64,000 bases of DNA from Eledone cirrhosa (taxonomy: Eukaryota). The DNA is taken from positions 345,402,001 through 345,466,000 of the forward strand of contig OZ024743.1 in NCBI GenBank assembly GCA_964016885.1, given 5' to 3'. The position numbers and the translations under genes were made by a program. Position 1 is the stretch's first letter. Every line of letters starts with the position of its first letter. Positions 1 through 12,961 of the stretch are shown piece by piece. Under the pieces are notes generated by a model, which did not search any database, was not told the DNA's origin, and saw only the letters and a list, made by a program, of their open reading frames with translations.

Positions 1-589
1 ATCAGCATACATGAGTTTTTGTGTGGGTATTTTTAGCTGGGATCATATCGGAGGTACGTCAGTAACAGTGTGAGAGTCACTAATGGAACTCTTACATGAT
101 CAAATCATAAAATACCAACAGTGAGATTCTCGTAAGCGTATTATCCATAAATATTGAAAATGCTCCAATCTACGCACCTATCCTATTAGTAATACTGATA
201 ACATATATAGATATATATTTAATTGATTATATAATTACACATCAGACAAACGGGCATGATGTAAATTTCACTTACGCTCTTTCAATGGGAGCAACTTGGT
301 CAGATCATAAACTCATTCGTTCTCACATAAATATGAAAATAAAACAAATAAAAACTATTCGAAAACACCAAATTGCTCGACATAAAAAAATGATGTTAGC
401 AGGTTGAATGATGAAAGTATCGCAGAATTAATGGTAAGTTGTATCACATGCTATGCTATTGTAGTAATGTGTTTTTGATGGTGCAGTTTCAAGTTTATAA
501 AGCTATTGTACTCATCACACTTCTCTATGTTACTGATATGGTTGACCAAGTATCTTTGACCCATTAACCAATTACATTCATTTCACATA

Positions 590-800
590 CGAGCTTTTGA
601 GAAATCTGTGGCATCAAATGGTCTGACAAGATCAGAAAGAACGAGGCACGGTAAACTCTGCAATATCACCGGTATGGTAGCAAACTTAAACAAAGCAAAT
701 CTGAGATATGTTGGCTACCTGGTAATAACAAATATAAAATGATAAGTTGGTCGCCGCCTATTGTGTCATGGAAGGGACAGGATGTGGAGTGACGAAGATG
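590..800 (+). pseudogene. RTE-clade LINE C-terminal relic
   Basis: Frameshifted translation ICGIKWSDKIRKNE...NLNKANLRYVGYLV resembles the RTE C-terminal pattern ILGIKWxDKxxNxEV...QLRWxGHV. Confidence 0.5.
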
Positions 801-1029
801 GAGCTGGGCTTCTTTTAGCTTAAGGACGCCAGACGTGCGGTCTTAAAATCGCAATTCATCAGGACGAACGGGGATCGTCACTGCTCATGATATGTAATGT
901 TTGTGAATCGATAATATATACACACATTACATACATACACGAACATACCCCCACGCGCATACACACACACAAATGTATATATACATGTGTGTTAAGTAGG
1001 TTAAGGATTAAAAGGACTCAGTAAATGTG

Positions 1030-1335
1030 TGAAAAAAAAAAAATTATAGGTGTAATATAAAATAAGTGTTGAAAGTATGTGGCAAAGGTCCAGGTTGGTT
1101 AAAATAAGAGACAGTGTTCAGGAAAGGAAGAAGTCAATAATTGTTGAATATGTAAAAAGGTCCAGAATGTTTAAAATAAGAGAGAGTGTTCCTGGTTAAA
1201 ATAAGAGAGAGAGTGTTCAAGGTAAAAGTAAAGGAAATAAAGAAATGAATAAAATAGGTGTAATATTAAATAAGCGCGTAATATAAGATAAGTGTTGAGT
1301 GCGTGATAGCGGTCCAGAGAGTGTTCAAGGTGGAT
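1030..1335. repeat. Degenerate tandem repeat
   Basis: Recurrent units gttaaaataagaga(ga)gtgttc and aaggtccag. Confidence 0.55.
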
Positions 1336-1509
1336 AAGTGTCCAAAATAGTATTTTGATGCCGAGAAAGGAGATGAGTTCTTATATGTGGGAACATTTTC
1401 AAAATTTCAGAATTAGAGTTAAAACAGGTTTTGGGAGATTTCAGATTTTCCTTTGCTTTTTCTTCGGAATTACCTAACACACACACATACATCAATATAT
1501 AACACACAC

Positions 1510-1571
<62 letters not shown>

Positions 1572-2787
1572 ATATATATATACATATAAATACAATTTGC
1601 GACTACTGTGAGTGGCAACTGTAGGAGAACGCTCTGCTTTCATGTTAATTAAATAATATTCCGTGTTAAAAATGCGTATTAACAGAAATATCTTTTCGTC
1701 ATTTGCGCAATACTCAAAACGCTTGAAAATAGCGAGATCGATGTATCAGATTTACATGCTTCATTGGTAATTACACGTAACAAGTTTTGCAAATGACAAC
1801 CTCAGAGCCTTCATTCAATCAATACAGGAACGAACGACAAGATCTTAGACACCATCCGCTTACAGAGAGGAGTGTGACTCGTCAGATCGGACGATGGAAA
1901 TAAAATGTCAATTCGTTTTTTCCAATTGTTGATACTATCTTTTGCTCGCAACTACTTTCCTATAAATTAACTTATGTCTCTCCCTTTCTCGCCGCTCTCC
2001 CAAGCTGCTACCACCAATGCTGCTGCTAATTCCACTGTCTTTTCGCGCACTGCTCCTGCCGTTCCCGTCGGAATAGCAGACAGTTTGTGTTCCGGTCGAG
2101 CACATGTGGTTACACTCGTCACTTGTCTTGTTTTATTTCCCCCTGCCCCAGCATCAAACCAATAGAAATTTTGATGAATATATATGTATTCAACATGATT
2201 TTATTCCATTACCTCATCCAGTTATGCATATTTCAAACGCCCCAAATGTTCGGTTTTCGATGATTATTCAAGTAGTTGTCGTGAGACAGAAAGTTGAAAG
2301 TGTTGGGTATGCTGGGCATTTAATTAACCCCACACTTCTATGCCTACGAACAAGTGTAAGTATTAGATCTGATTCATAAATAAACAAATATCAGCCCATC
2401 CCCTGATATATAACACATATTGGAATTGAAACATTACATAACAACCTTATTAAAAGTATCTCTTGTGATACCGTGTTCGTGTTTGCGTAATGAATACATT
2501 GCGTAATCATGACGGCCAACGAAATAAGTATTACGATGGATTCTGAATAAAATGAGATATGTGTTTCTACATGTGCCATTTGCAATTATCAATATCATAT
2601 ATATATATATATTTATATTATAAAGAGTGGGGACCCCGACTGCTGAGTTCTTGCTGTTTCAACAGCTAGTTCCAGACTGGTTGGTAAAGGTACGTAGCAT
2701 CTTCTTATTCTAAATATACTCCATCATTGCTATGTAGAAAAAGTACGTAGAGTGCTTGAATTGAATTGTATCAATGCTTACCCCTAA

Positions 2788-2839
<52 letters not shown>

Positions 2840-2980
2840 ACTTCTGGCTTTAATACCCGATTACATACAAATATACCTTACACATGCACACAGACACACA
2901 CGCATACACATACACACGTATATATACTTATATATATATAGATATACATATATATACAGATGTGTATGTATATATGTATA

Positions 2981-3662
2981 TAACTTTTTTTAGTTATTGC
3001 TCGCACCAACCTGAGGTATATGATTTTTAATGCGATGTAATACCAATGATGGTTGGAAAATCACTGACGAAGGACTATTTTTATCATATGTACCCCATGT
3101 GCAACCACGCAGTATTCTTCTTTCTTCTCATGTTTTTTATATATATATTTACCTCGGCTGCGTTTGTCTGTTTCTCTCTTACTGCTTCCCCGCTCTCTCT
3201 GTTTCTCTCACCTTCTTTCGCCCCCTCTGTCAGTTACACTTTCTCTCGACTGACCTCTTCCTCACACTTCCACTGACTCACTCTCTGTTTCTCCCCTTCT
3301 CACTTCCTCCTGTTTGGCTTACAGTGGGTCTCTTCTTGCTTACACCTCACTCACGTCGGACGGTCTGTACCTTTCGCTCATGAAATCCACCCAGCTTAAG
3401 CTGACCGGACAACCATGTTGCTTGTTTATTTTCCTATCTTTGGTTTGCTTTTACCCTTCTATGTTGTTTACTTGTCCCCCTCGCTTTACGCGAATTACTG
3501 GTCCCAATAACATTTTTTAGTTATTGCTCGCACCAACCTGAGGTATATGATTTTTAATGCGATGTAATATCAATGATGGTTGGAAAATCACTGACGAAGG
3601 ACTATTTTTATCATATGTAACCCATGTGCAACCACGCAGTATTCTTCTTTCTTCTCATGTTT
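2981..3662 (+). mobile_element. Non-coding element with ~150 bp terminal direct repeats (possible non-autonomous Penelope-like element with tandem pseudo-LTRs)
   Basis: 2981-3135 and 3508-3662 are near-identical (tttttagttattgctcgcaccaacc...cttctcatgttt). Each is followed by (TA)n and contains ctgacga. Confidence 0.5.
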
Positions 3663-3842
3663 ATATATATATAGAGAGAGAGATAGATAGATATACATAT
3701 ATATATATACAGATGTGTACCTTTTACAAAATGAAAAATAACCGAGGTGTCCTACACGAGTGAAAGTATAAAGAAAAAGAGATGAAATCGAAAATGTAAC
3801 TGAAGTCTTATTTTTTTTAAAAATATATATATTTATTTGGTT

Positions 3843-3880
3843 CCTTTACCGGTTTCGCAGTTCTTCTGCTTTTCAAAAGG
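3843..3880 (-). ncRNA. Minimal type I hammerhead ribozyme, U3-A8 core variant
   Basis: Minus strand reads cctt-TTGAAAA-gcag aagaa ctgc-GAAA-ccgg-TA-aagg: perfect stems I and II, palindromic CCGG at stem III. Confidence 0.7.
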
Positions 3881-4268
3881 TGAGTTGAGATGGAGGGTCT
3901 GTGGTTTTTCTCACATCTGGTTGGTCTCTGAATGTTACTTGTTTTATATGGAAAAAGTGGCTCGAAATTCCAGGTTTTTCGAGAAGTAATTTGATTGGTT
4001 TGTCAATAATTATAATAAATTTCGCGCCAGTTCGCGTTACAATAGTTCTTCAAATAATAGAGGGGGGGGGGGGGGGTTGTCACAGGTTGTTTTTTCATAT
4101 ATGAGTGTTTGAATTTCGTTTTACTTGAAAAAAGGAGGCTCACGAAGTCTTTTTTGGGGTTGGTTATAAATGAAATTTGGCTGTCACGTGAACAAGTTTT
4201 TATTACATTTTTGCGCCCTTATTTGGAAAACTATTCTGTAGTCTTTATAGTGAATGTTATGACAATGG

Positions 4269-4304
<36 letters not shown>

Positions 4305-5337
4305 ATATTTATATTATATATATATATATATATATAAATATATGGATGTGTGTCACTTTGTGCATGTGTAAGGTATAGTGGAAGGCCGTCTGGTAGTAAA
4401 GCCAAAAGTCATTATATTCAGATATTCGCCCACATATTAGGCACTAAAATGTCAACAGAAATATCTATCTGACAATACGTTTGTATACATAAATATAGAA
4501 ACATGCATTCATCTCTCTCTATTAATCTATATGTTTCTCTCTCTACATATGTATGTATGTATGTATGTATGACTATATGTATGTATGTATATATGTATGT
4601 ATATATGTATGTATGAATGTATCTATTTATGTATGTCTCTGGATGTGTATATACACATGTTATGCGTATTATATATTATGTGTAATATACATTACGTAAG
4701 AGAGATGAAACTATTTCATTTCAGATCTCCACTGCGACTGAGGAGCAACTCGATCACAGATTTGAAGCGGGGTCTAATCGTTTAATTCTGAAGGCGATTG
4801 CTTTAGTGGTTAGAAAATTGTATTCACAATCTAGAGGTTGCAAGATCTATCCCCAATGCTTTATATCCTTGAACAAGATACCTTATTTCATGTTGTTCCT
4901 TCTGTCGGGAGAGAGACAAATATAGATATGTAGACAAATATGTAAAGAGTTACTTGTCCCTGCCACCGATATCTGTTCATTTTAAAAAAGCCAAAATAGC
5001 TCAAATTATGTATGTAAACATTAATTGAAAAGGACTGGACTGATGAATTTTCATAAAATTATAGGAATCCCCGTCACTGTAAACAGCCGATTGCTATGCG
5101 CATAGCAAATATTCGGGTTAAAATATAACCGCATAATGAGTGGTAGAACGTAGAGAGGGATAGAATGAAAGAAGAAGAGTCTAAAGAATGAGATGGTAAA
5201 CGAGAGAAATATATATATAGAGAGAGAATAGGCCCTTCTCTCTATATATATAATCGTCTCAAAACTAAGCTTACAAAATGAATAAGGAAATTTCAATATT
5301 GTAAAGAGACGTTTTTACCACACTCGCGTGCATACAG

Positions 5338-5406
<69 letters not shown>

Positions 5407-6206
5407 CACACATGACAAGGGTTCTAAACACCATTATCAGGCTAAAATTTCTCTTGTCAAAAAATACGGCGAAAGCTTATATATATATATATAGTAGTAG
5501 TATTTGTCATTGCACTGTGGAAACGCTAGTCGAATTAACTGAAGCAGTTCCTATACACTAACAATGTGATAAATAAATTCCTTGCTCAAGATAACATTAA
5601 TAATATTTTGACCGTAACATTTTATATGTATCCATGTGTGTAATTGGTTGTTTGAATGTGTGTTAATATGCATATTTGTGCCTATATATATGTTTCGTTC
5701 TTGTTTTATGTTTCACCAAACGCCAACCAGTTCTCTATTCACTTACCACATACCGTAATACTCCTGCTTGGGCCACCAATTCTGGCATTGGTTATACACA
5801 CATTGCCACTTCCCTCATGCCTAATGATCTATGCTCACCTTTTATCGGCTATTCCCAAACACACTAGTCATCGCACCTCGAATTTAGACTGGTTATCGCA
5901 CATAGAATCTTTATATGCCTGGTTAATAGTACAAACTATTGTGTACATAAACACACGCGAGTGTATGTTCCTAAAAGAAGGTGCATACTTGAACTTAAGT
6001 ATGTATAGAGATGTGTGTGTGTATGTAGGTAAGATATTCTATATAAGCGGGACTGCACTTTTAGCATCATTTTCCCCTGCATTTTCTCTGAAAAAATACG
6101 TCAAACACTATCGCACATTGTGGAGTAATATATTATGTAACAAAGTAGATTTTGCAGGCTGATTATATAACACATTGAATATCAAATATCAACATATGTG
6201 CCTTGT

Positions 6207-6251
<45 letters not shown>

Positions 6252-6497
6252 TTTCATTTATTGGCCACAAGGGCCGACATATAGGGGACAATACAAAAGA
6301 CTGGGACAGTGGGGTTTTACAGAAAAATCGGGTAAACAATATGAATAACAATAACCAAGTAACAATAACAAAGTAACAATAAAGTAACAAGCAAATTACA
6401 ACAAGAAAAAATTCCCCAATAGGGGGGATGACCTCCTAGGGCTCGCTCAGGTACCCCAGCAGTCCTGAATGACCCGACGCTTTTCAAATTTACCTAC

Positions 6498-9400
6498 CTA
6501 CAGTCGCATGAACAGAGTAGGCCCACTCACACGAGCCATTCTCGCCACATTCACCCACCTTTCAGCAAATGTACTGGGGGGCAGCACTTCTCTCTCCACC
6601 CTCACCTTCCTTTCCAAATGAAACTTGAAAAAGTTGATGAGGGATTGGCCGAAGAGAAAAGTGTCTGTCTTCAGTCCTTTCAACCTCGTCCACCATACAA
6701 CCTCTTTCGCTACTGCCACCAGACAGATGAAAATTGCCTGCCCTTCCTGGCCAAAAGAAGGCGGCGGGTCGATCTTCACTATGGACTCGGCCGATAGCCG
6801 GATCCGTTCTACACGCGACAACAGCTGTTCAACATAACTCCACAAGTCAGTAATGCACGGACACTGGACGAGTGCGTGCAGAACGGTTTCGCGCATCTCG
6901 GGCAGGTCTGTCTGACAGCACTTCCGTGCCTGTAGAGTTTATCGCGAACCGGCAGTGCCCCCCGGTAGCACTGACAAGCGAGGGATTTTTGGAAATTATC
7001 CATCGTCCCCGGCTCGAAAGTCCTCCGGTACAGACTGGTTAGTTCGACTTCGTTGACTCCCAGAGCCTCTCCGTGTGCGTCGTGGCACTTGCCCACCACT
7101 AATCCTCTATAGAATTCGAGAGTGGAAGTTCCACTGACCGCATTGCCCGCCTGGTAGAGGGCAGTGAGTGCCTGGCAACATTCCAGATGCCAGTCACCCA
7201 GTTTCGGTCTCTTCTTGACCCAGGACTGCAGCTCAGTCAAAGAAACGAGCTGCGGAAATGCCCGTCTGACAAACGGCGACCACACCTGTTCACCGTTTAG
7301 GCAGAATATCTGGAGATGCCGCAGCCTCAGCGCGTGCCTGCGCATCATTGGCGAGGCGCGAACGGGGGCAAGGGGCGACAGTCAGACGGTAGTAGATGAC
7401 AGACACGATGTACGCGTTCGCCACCTCCGCCCGACCTTTAAGTGATAGCTTCATCCCAGCCCATTTCTGGGTGAGACTGGCTACCCTGCCCGTCACCTCG
7501 TCCCAATTCTTATCCACCTGGAGGTCTAGCCCAAACCAAACCCCGAGCAACTTTACCGGTCCACCGGTCCGTCCGTCCAGCGCCAAACGGCGCTGTTAGA
7601 CGGCATGGAGTTGCCTCTCCAGGTGCCGAGTTGCAAGCCCACTGACTTTTCCGGGTTAAGTTTGCTCCCGTCAACCTTTCATATTCCTCCAATATGTTGC
7701 CGACCACCTCGATTCCTGAGGTGTCCGACACCATCACGGTGATGTCGTCCGTATAAGCCGACACAGCCTTTCCGCGTCTCGGTTCGAGCAGGATGCCCTG
7801 CAACAGCTCCAGCTTCGCAGTAAAGGCTCGAGAGTCAATACGTACAGAAGGGAGGAGAGACGGCACCCTTGACAGACCGATCAGGAGACCTGAAACGGTT
7901 CCGAGAGGTGGCCATTAATTTTGACCATCGAGCAGGTGCCGCTGTGCATTGCAGCGATCCAGCTTCTGAAGACGGGGCCGAAGCCAGCCGCCTTGAGGAC
8001 AGCCTCCAGGTACCGATGGTCGACCCTATCGAATGCTTTCGATTGATCTAAATTGATCAGAGCCCCACCGAAGCCAGGTTTACACCCCACCCTCTCTATG
8101 ATGTATCGCATTAGGTGGAGGTTGTCGTGTATGGACCTGGTTGGTATTGCGCAAGTTTGTGCCGCCCCAACCAAATCCCCGACGACAAGCGCCAACCTCT
8201 TCGCTAACACCCTGGCCAAAATCTTAAACTCTGTGTTGAGCAGAGTTATGGGCCTGAAATTGTCTAATGTGTCCCTCTTCTTCTCGTCTTTCCTTATCAG
8301 CGTCACTACGCCCCGGCTCACAGAACTGGGAATACTCCCGTTTTGCTGACAGTTGCAGTAGAGGGCTTCGAGAAGATTGGAGAACAAGTCTGGCATATTT
8401 ACGTAAAGCTCGTAGGGCAGACCATCCAAACCGGGTGACTTGCGCCTCATGAAGCCGACAAGGGCATCCTGAATCTCGGCTGAAGTAATTGGCCTTTCGC
8501 AGCGCCCAGCGTCAGCCGTCGAGAGTTGCGGCAAACCATCGAGGTAGGGACTGAAGTCAGCCACCGTCTCTGACCCGCCACTTCCCCCGAACAATCGAGC
8601 AAAATGTTGGCTAAAGGCCTCACACATCCTCTTGGAATCGCTCAGCTCGTGCCCGTCTCGGTCCGTCAAAGACCGAATCGTGGTTTTATTACCACGCTGC
8701 GCCTCTGCCACGTGGACCCATCGAACAGCTTTGATTCCCTCGTTTCTCAGAGCACGCGCCTTAGCTCTCACAATACAACCTTCGGGTTTCGCATTGAAGA
8801 AATGCTCGAATGCCATTCTCGCCGCTAGCACGTCAGTTGCAATGCCACTACCAATAGCCTCGTCTAACTTATCTACCAACTCCCCCTTCTTTCTATTTTT
8901 CCCTAACGCTACTTCTTTGCTAAACTCTATCGACATTACTCTAATCTCTCTTTTGAGAGTCCCCCACCATCTATTGTTGACGACTCCCCCTGTCAACTTT
9001 TTCTTAACTAAATTCTTGATCTGGTCCCTGTAAGCCTTACGTGCTGGAAATGACATGTTTAGCTTCCAGTAACCAGGTCCTAAGCTACGCGTCTTATCTA
9101 GGTCGACCATACAGATAACAAACTTGTGATCTGAATAGGCGACCGTTTCAAAACGTGGACAGCTTACACTATTACTGTCTATTTTCCTAATGAATATCCT
9201 GTCTATATACGATCTAGATGACCCTATGCGGTTAGCCCAGGTCCACACTGTCGCATTAGAGAAATCTAGTCGATACCTGTCAGACAGTTGGAACTGGCTG
9301 ATTAGGTTCTTGAGGCTTTTGCACCACCCCGCTCCTATCGGATACTCCCACACAGTCCCAGTGTGCGTCTAAGATGCCGTTCCAGTCCCCCGCTAACAGT

Positions 9401-9805
9401 AATGGGCGAGACGTACTCAGAAAGGCTTCGAGGCGTCTAAACAAGTCCGGCCGTCCTGCCCCAGTAGGGGCATAGATGGCCACCAGTCTAAAGGCACCAC
9501 CTTCGTTATTGTTCACGTCCAGGACCACCAACTTCCCGTCCGGGTCGCGGAAGATCGATCTTACCTCGAGATCCAGGCCTTTCCTAAACAGCACTGCCAC
9601 CCCGCCTCCCATTCCCGGCCGGCTAACAGATGCAAATATCTGATATTCGTCGAAAATGGGGGCTAGTGCGCGTGTCGGAAATCCTGGTCTCGCTGACTGC
9701 AATTATGTCCATTTCTATAGACCTGAGGTCGTTGAGCAGGTGATCCTGCTTCCAGGACGATCCCAGGCCTCGAACATTTAAACATCCTACTCTTAATACG
9801 GCCAT
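6498..9805 (-). pseudogene. Tx1 ORF2: AP endonuclease, reverse transcriptase and C-terminal CCHC (frameshifted)
   Basis: APE motifs LNVRGL, GDWN, SYIDRI, YSDH; RT motifs KSPGLDGLP, NFRPITLLNTEFKILA, LDQSKAFDRVDH, AYTDDI; C-terminal CPRC...ETVLHALVQCP. Split over at least 6 ORFs. Confidence 0.93.
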
Positions 9806-9836
9806 GTTGGCAGGTTAAACAGAGTAAGAGGAAGGT

Positions 9837-11627
9837 TTATTTACCTTCCGGGCTCTTGTGAAGGTCGGGTTGTTCGACCTCCATAGTTAGTAGGGTTTCT
9901 TTTGGGAACCCCTTTAAAAGTCTTGAGGTGTGTTTTACGTTCGGGGTTCCCACGTCCCGGGGAAAGCTGTCTCGTATTTCTTTGAATATGTCGAGCGACA
10001 TTCGCACCAGAACCAAATCTTCCGGCACGCGAAATGTGCTCGATTTAAAAATTTCCCCCTCTTTTTGTATATTTTCACTTCGTGCTACGAAGTTGGCCCT
10101 CCTGACGAGCACGAAGTTTTGTATGTTTTGTTGGTGTGTTTTTATTTGTTTGCGTGGTTGTGGTGGTGATGGTTTTGGTGGTGTTTTTTCGTTTGTATCT
10201 GTGTTTGTTGTGAGTGCGGTGTCTGTGGTTTCAGATGTTTGTGTGTATATTTGTTCTTGCGTCTGTTTAGGTTGTTTGCGTTTGGGGGATTCTGGTGATG
10301 GGGATGATGGTGTTGATGTTGGTGTTATTGGAGAGATGTTTGCGTGGGTGGTGTCTGAGTTTTTTATTGGGGGTGATTTTGTGCTTTGTTGAGTTTATTT
10401 TTTCTTTTTGTGTTTCCTTTTTTGTATTTTGGGGGATTTGGGTTTTCCCTCATCTTCACTACTGGTAGATGAGGGGTCTGTGTCTGTAAGTGTGTCTGTA
10501 TGTATGTTTATGGTTTTATTGGTGTGTGTCTTTTGGGGGGAGGGGGAATTTGACAGCTTTCCTCGTTTCCCCCCCTGGTTAGTCAATGTTGGTGGTGGTC
10601 TTTCTATTGGTGTTGTTGTTGGTGGTTTTGCCGGTGCTGGTGTTGGTTGTGATCCTCGCCCCGGCGTCGGCAGCAGTGGAGCCTTTCTACCCCTTGCCTC
10701 CTTCAGCAGTTGAGGGCAGAAGGCTCGCAAATGGGTTTTTTCCCCACCAACAAAACACTGCGGCCTTTTGCCTTCAGTCATAATGTGAATGACCGTCCCA
10801 TTCTGAAGGTGGATGTGGTCCGGGATTGTCTTCACATTCTCGGGCCTGATCTGGAGAAGGATCTCCAGGTCAACCCCGGACCAGTCCTCTCTGGCCGTTC
10901 TGGTCACTTCTATAGGGACTGTATCCGTTCCCTCCACAATCATACATCCCAGAAGCCACCACATGTCAAGTCCTGGTGGGATTCTGGGAATGCGGAGACG
11001 GGCCGTTCTTTTTCCCATGTGGGAAGGGTACATTATGACCTTGCTGGTTTTGCAAGGAGTCATAGCGTGTTTCATAGCGAGGGCTTCTGACTTGAACAAC
11101 ACCGAAATGGTGCCGTACTGTCTGCCCCTCTCTATGTACTGGGTGTCTTCTCTGATGCACCTCAGCGCAACTTCGACATCTTCTTGTGGGATTAAAGCTG
11201 CCCTTTTGGTTTGTGCTGAGATGCATCTATAATGCACCGTGCTGCGCTCCACTGTCTCAATAGCTTCTACCGGGACAGTTAAGTTGGCCCAGGTTTGCTC
11301 TTGCTTGATGAGCTTCCATGCCTGGGCCAACTTTTCATCTTTGTTTGAGAGGTCCATGTTGAAGCATGGCCTCTTTTTGCTGCTGCCGCAGCGAAAGTGT
11401 TCTCCTTGTTTTCGTTGGGGGTGTTGTTTCGCTGTTCTTGTTGGTGTTGTTGTTAGCACTGTTGCTGTTATCATTGTTGTCTTTGTTGCCACCGTTGTTC
11501 TCGGTGCAGTTGGTATTGTTGCTGTTGGTGTTGTCGCTATTTGTTTTCATGTTAGTGGTGTTGATATTGTTGTTGTATTTGTTTTTTTTGTTTTTTTGTT
11601 ATCTGTATTTTCGTTGTCGCTGGTCAT
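9837..11627 (-). pseudogene. Tx1 ORF1 (gag-like nucleic-acid chaperone), interrupted
   Basis: The 365-aa ORF 10395-11492 has a degenerate knuckle CFVGGEKTHLRAFCP and a Pro/Thr/Lys-rich tail. It continues by frameshift into 9837-10112. An upstream in-frame ATG at 11627 (MTSDNENTDNK) is separated by one TGA. It lies directly upstream of ORF2. Confidence 0.8.
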
Positions 11628-12961
11628 CAACTGGTCAAGCACAGAGATCCGCAGGCTCGATACAAAAATTAGAAAATGTTTAACCATGCACAGAATGCAT
11701 CACTCTAAGGCAGATAGGGATAGAATATATCTCCCTAGGAAAGAAGGAGGACGTGGGTTAATCCAGTTAGATATTGCGTTGAAAACTGCAACAATTGGAT
11801 TATCTACATATCTAAGGGAATCACATGATTGGATGATTAAACTCGTTTTGAAACACGAAAGCATCAAAAGATCATACTCCATTACAAAAGATGCACAAAG
11901 ATACAGTAATGGACTACAAATTTCAGAAGTCCCATTTACTGCTGAAATGGAAAACACAGAAAAAGCAAAGCAGGTAAAAGTAACTGCAAAGAAAGAACTG
12001 CTGCAGAAACTGGCTAAGAAATGGCAAGAAAAGCCTCTTTATGGAAAATACCCAGAAAGAGCTAACAATCCTGATGTTGACAAAACTTTAACCCATCAGT
12101 GGTTGGCATCCTCTGAACTGAAATAGGAGACAGAAGGACTGATTATATCAGCACAAGATCAGTGTCTGCCAACAAAAAATTACCAAGCCAACATAATAAA
12201 AAATGAATGCAACCTATTATGCCGTGTATGTAAAAAACAACCAGAGACCATTGATCATATAATTTCAATGTGCAGTCTTATAGCTCCAACCGAATACCTA
12301 AACACGCATGACAGAGCTGCACAATACATACATTGGGTAATGTGTAAGCATTTTGACCTGCTCCATCAAAAGAATTGATGGGAGCATCAACCACCTCCCA
12401 TACTTGAAAAAGATCACATCTCAATCTTGTGGAAATTTAGCATACAAACAGACCGAAAAATAGATGCAAATAGACCTGATATAATACTGAAGGACTTTAA
12501 AAAGAGGGTATGCCTGCTAATTGATATGTCCGTTCCAATAGATAAGAATTGTATCTATAAAAACATTTGAAAAATTGAGCAAGTATAAGGACCTGGAAAT
12601 AGAAATTGGAAAAATGTGGAAATTCAGAACTAAAACAATACCAGTGGTTGTAGGTGCTCTAGGAATGATACGTAAGGGGTCTAATGATTACTTATCGCAA
12701 ATCTCAGGAAACCCGCGTATAGGAGAAATACAAAAGATAGTACTAATGGGAACTGCCCATATACTAAGGAAGATTCTGTCAATATAAGTACATCACAAGT
12801 CTAAACACTTAAAGATGCATGTGTGTATGTATGTTCTTTCTTGAACATGGCGGACCTTGTTGTCTCTTGAGGTCACTGGTTGTGACTTGGTGACAACTCG
12901 TATGAACATAAAGCAAGATAAATGCAACTGTAATAAAAATAATAATAATTAATATAATAAT
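11623..12961 (+). mobile_element. 5'-truncated R4/Dong-clade LINE (RT C-terminus, CCHC, restriction-like endonuclease)
   Basis: INWS..IRRLDTKIRK, RIYLPRKEGGRGL, ETEGLIISAQDQ, CRVC..ETIDHIISMC, NRPDII..IDMSVP, EKLSKYKDL..VVVGALG. Contains stops and a frameshift; ORF ends at 12787. 3'UTR then a TAA-rich tail at 12931-12961. Confidence 0.9.

Larger units (their letters stand above)
6213..11627 (-). mobile_element. Near-full-length L1-Tx1 clade LINE (ORF1 + ORF2, several frameshifts)
   Basis: ORF1 has a zinc knuckle; ORF2 has APE, RT and CCHC domains. The 3' end has AATAAA and an (ATT)n tail at 6213-6249. Confidence 0.92.

Noticed and set aside
11239-12126. 295-aa ORF with an apparently hydrophobic, membrane-like N-terminus
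   Set aside because: The N-terminal half is the antisense of the low-complexity Tx1 ORF1 start, and the rest is Dong RT. It is an accidental fusion, not a membrane protein gene.
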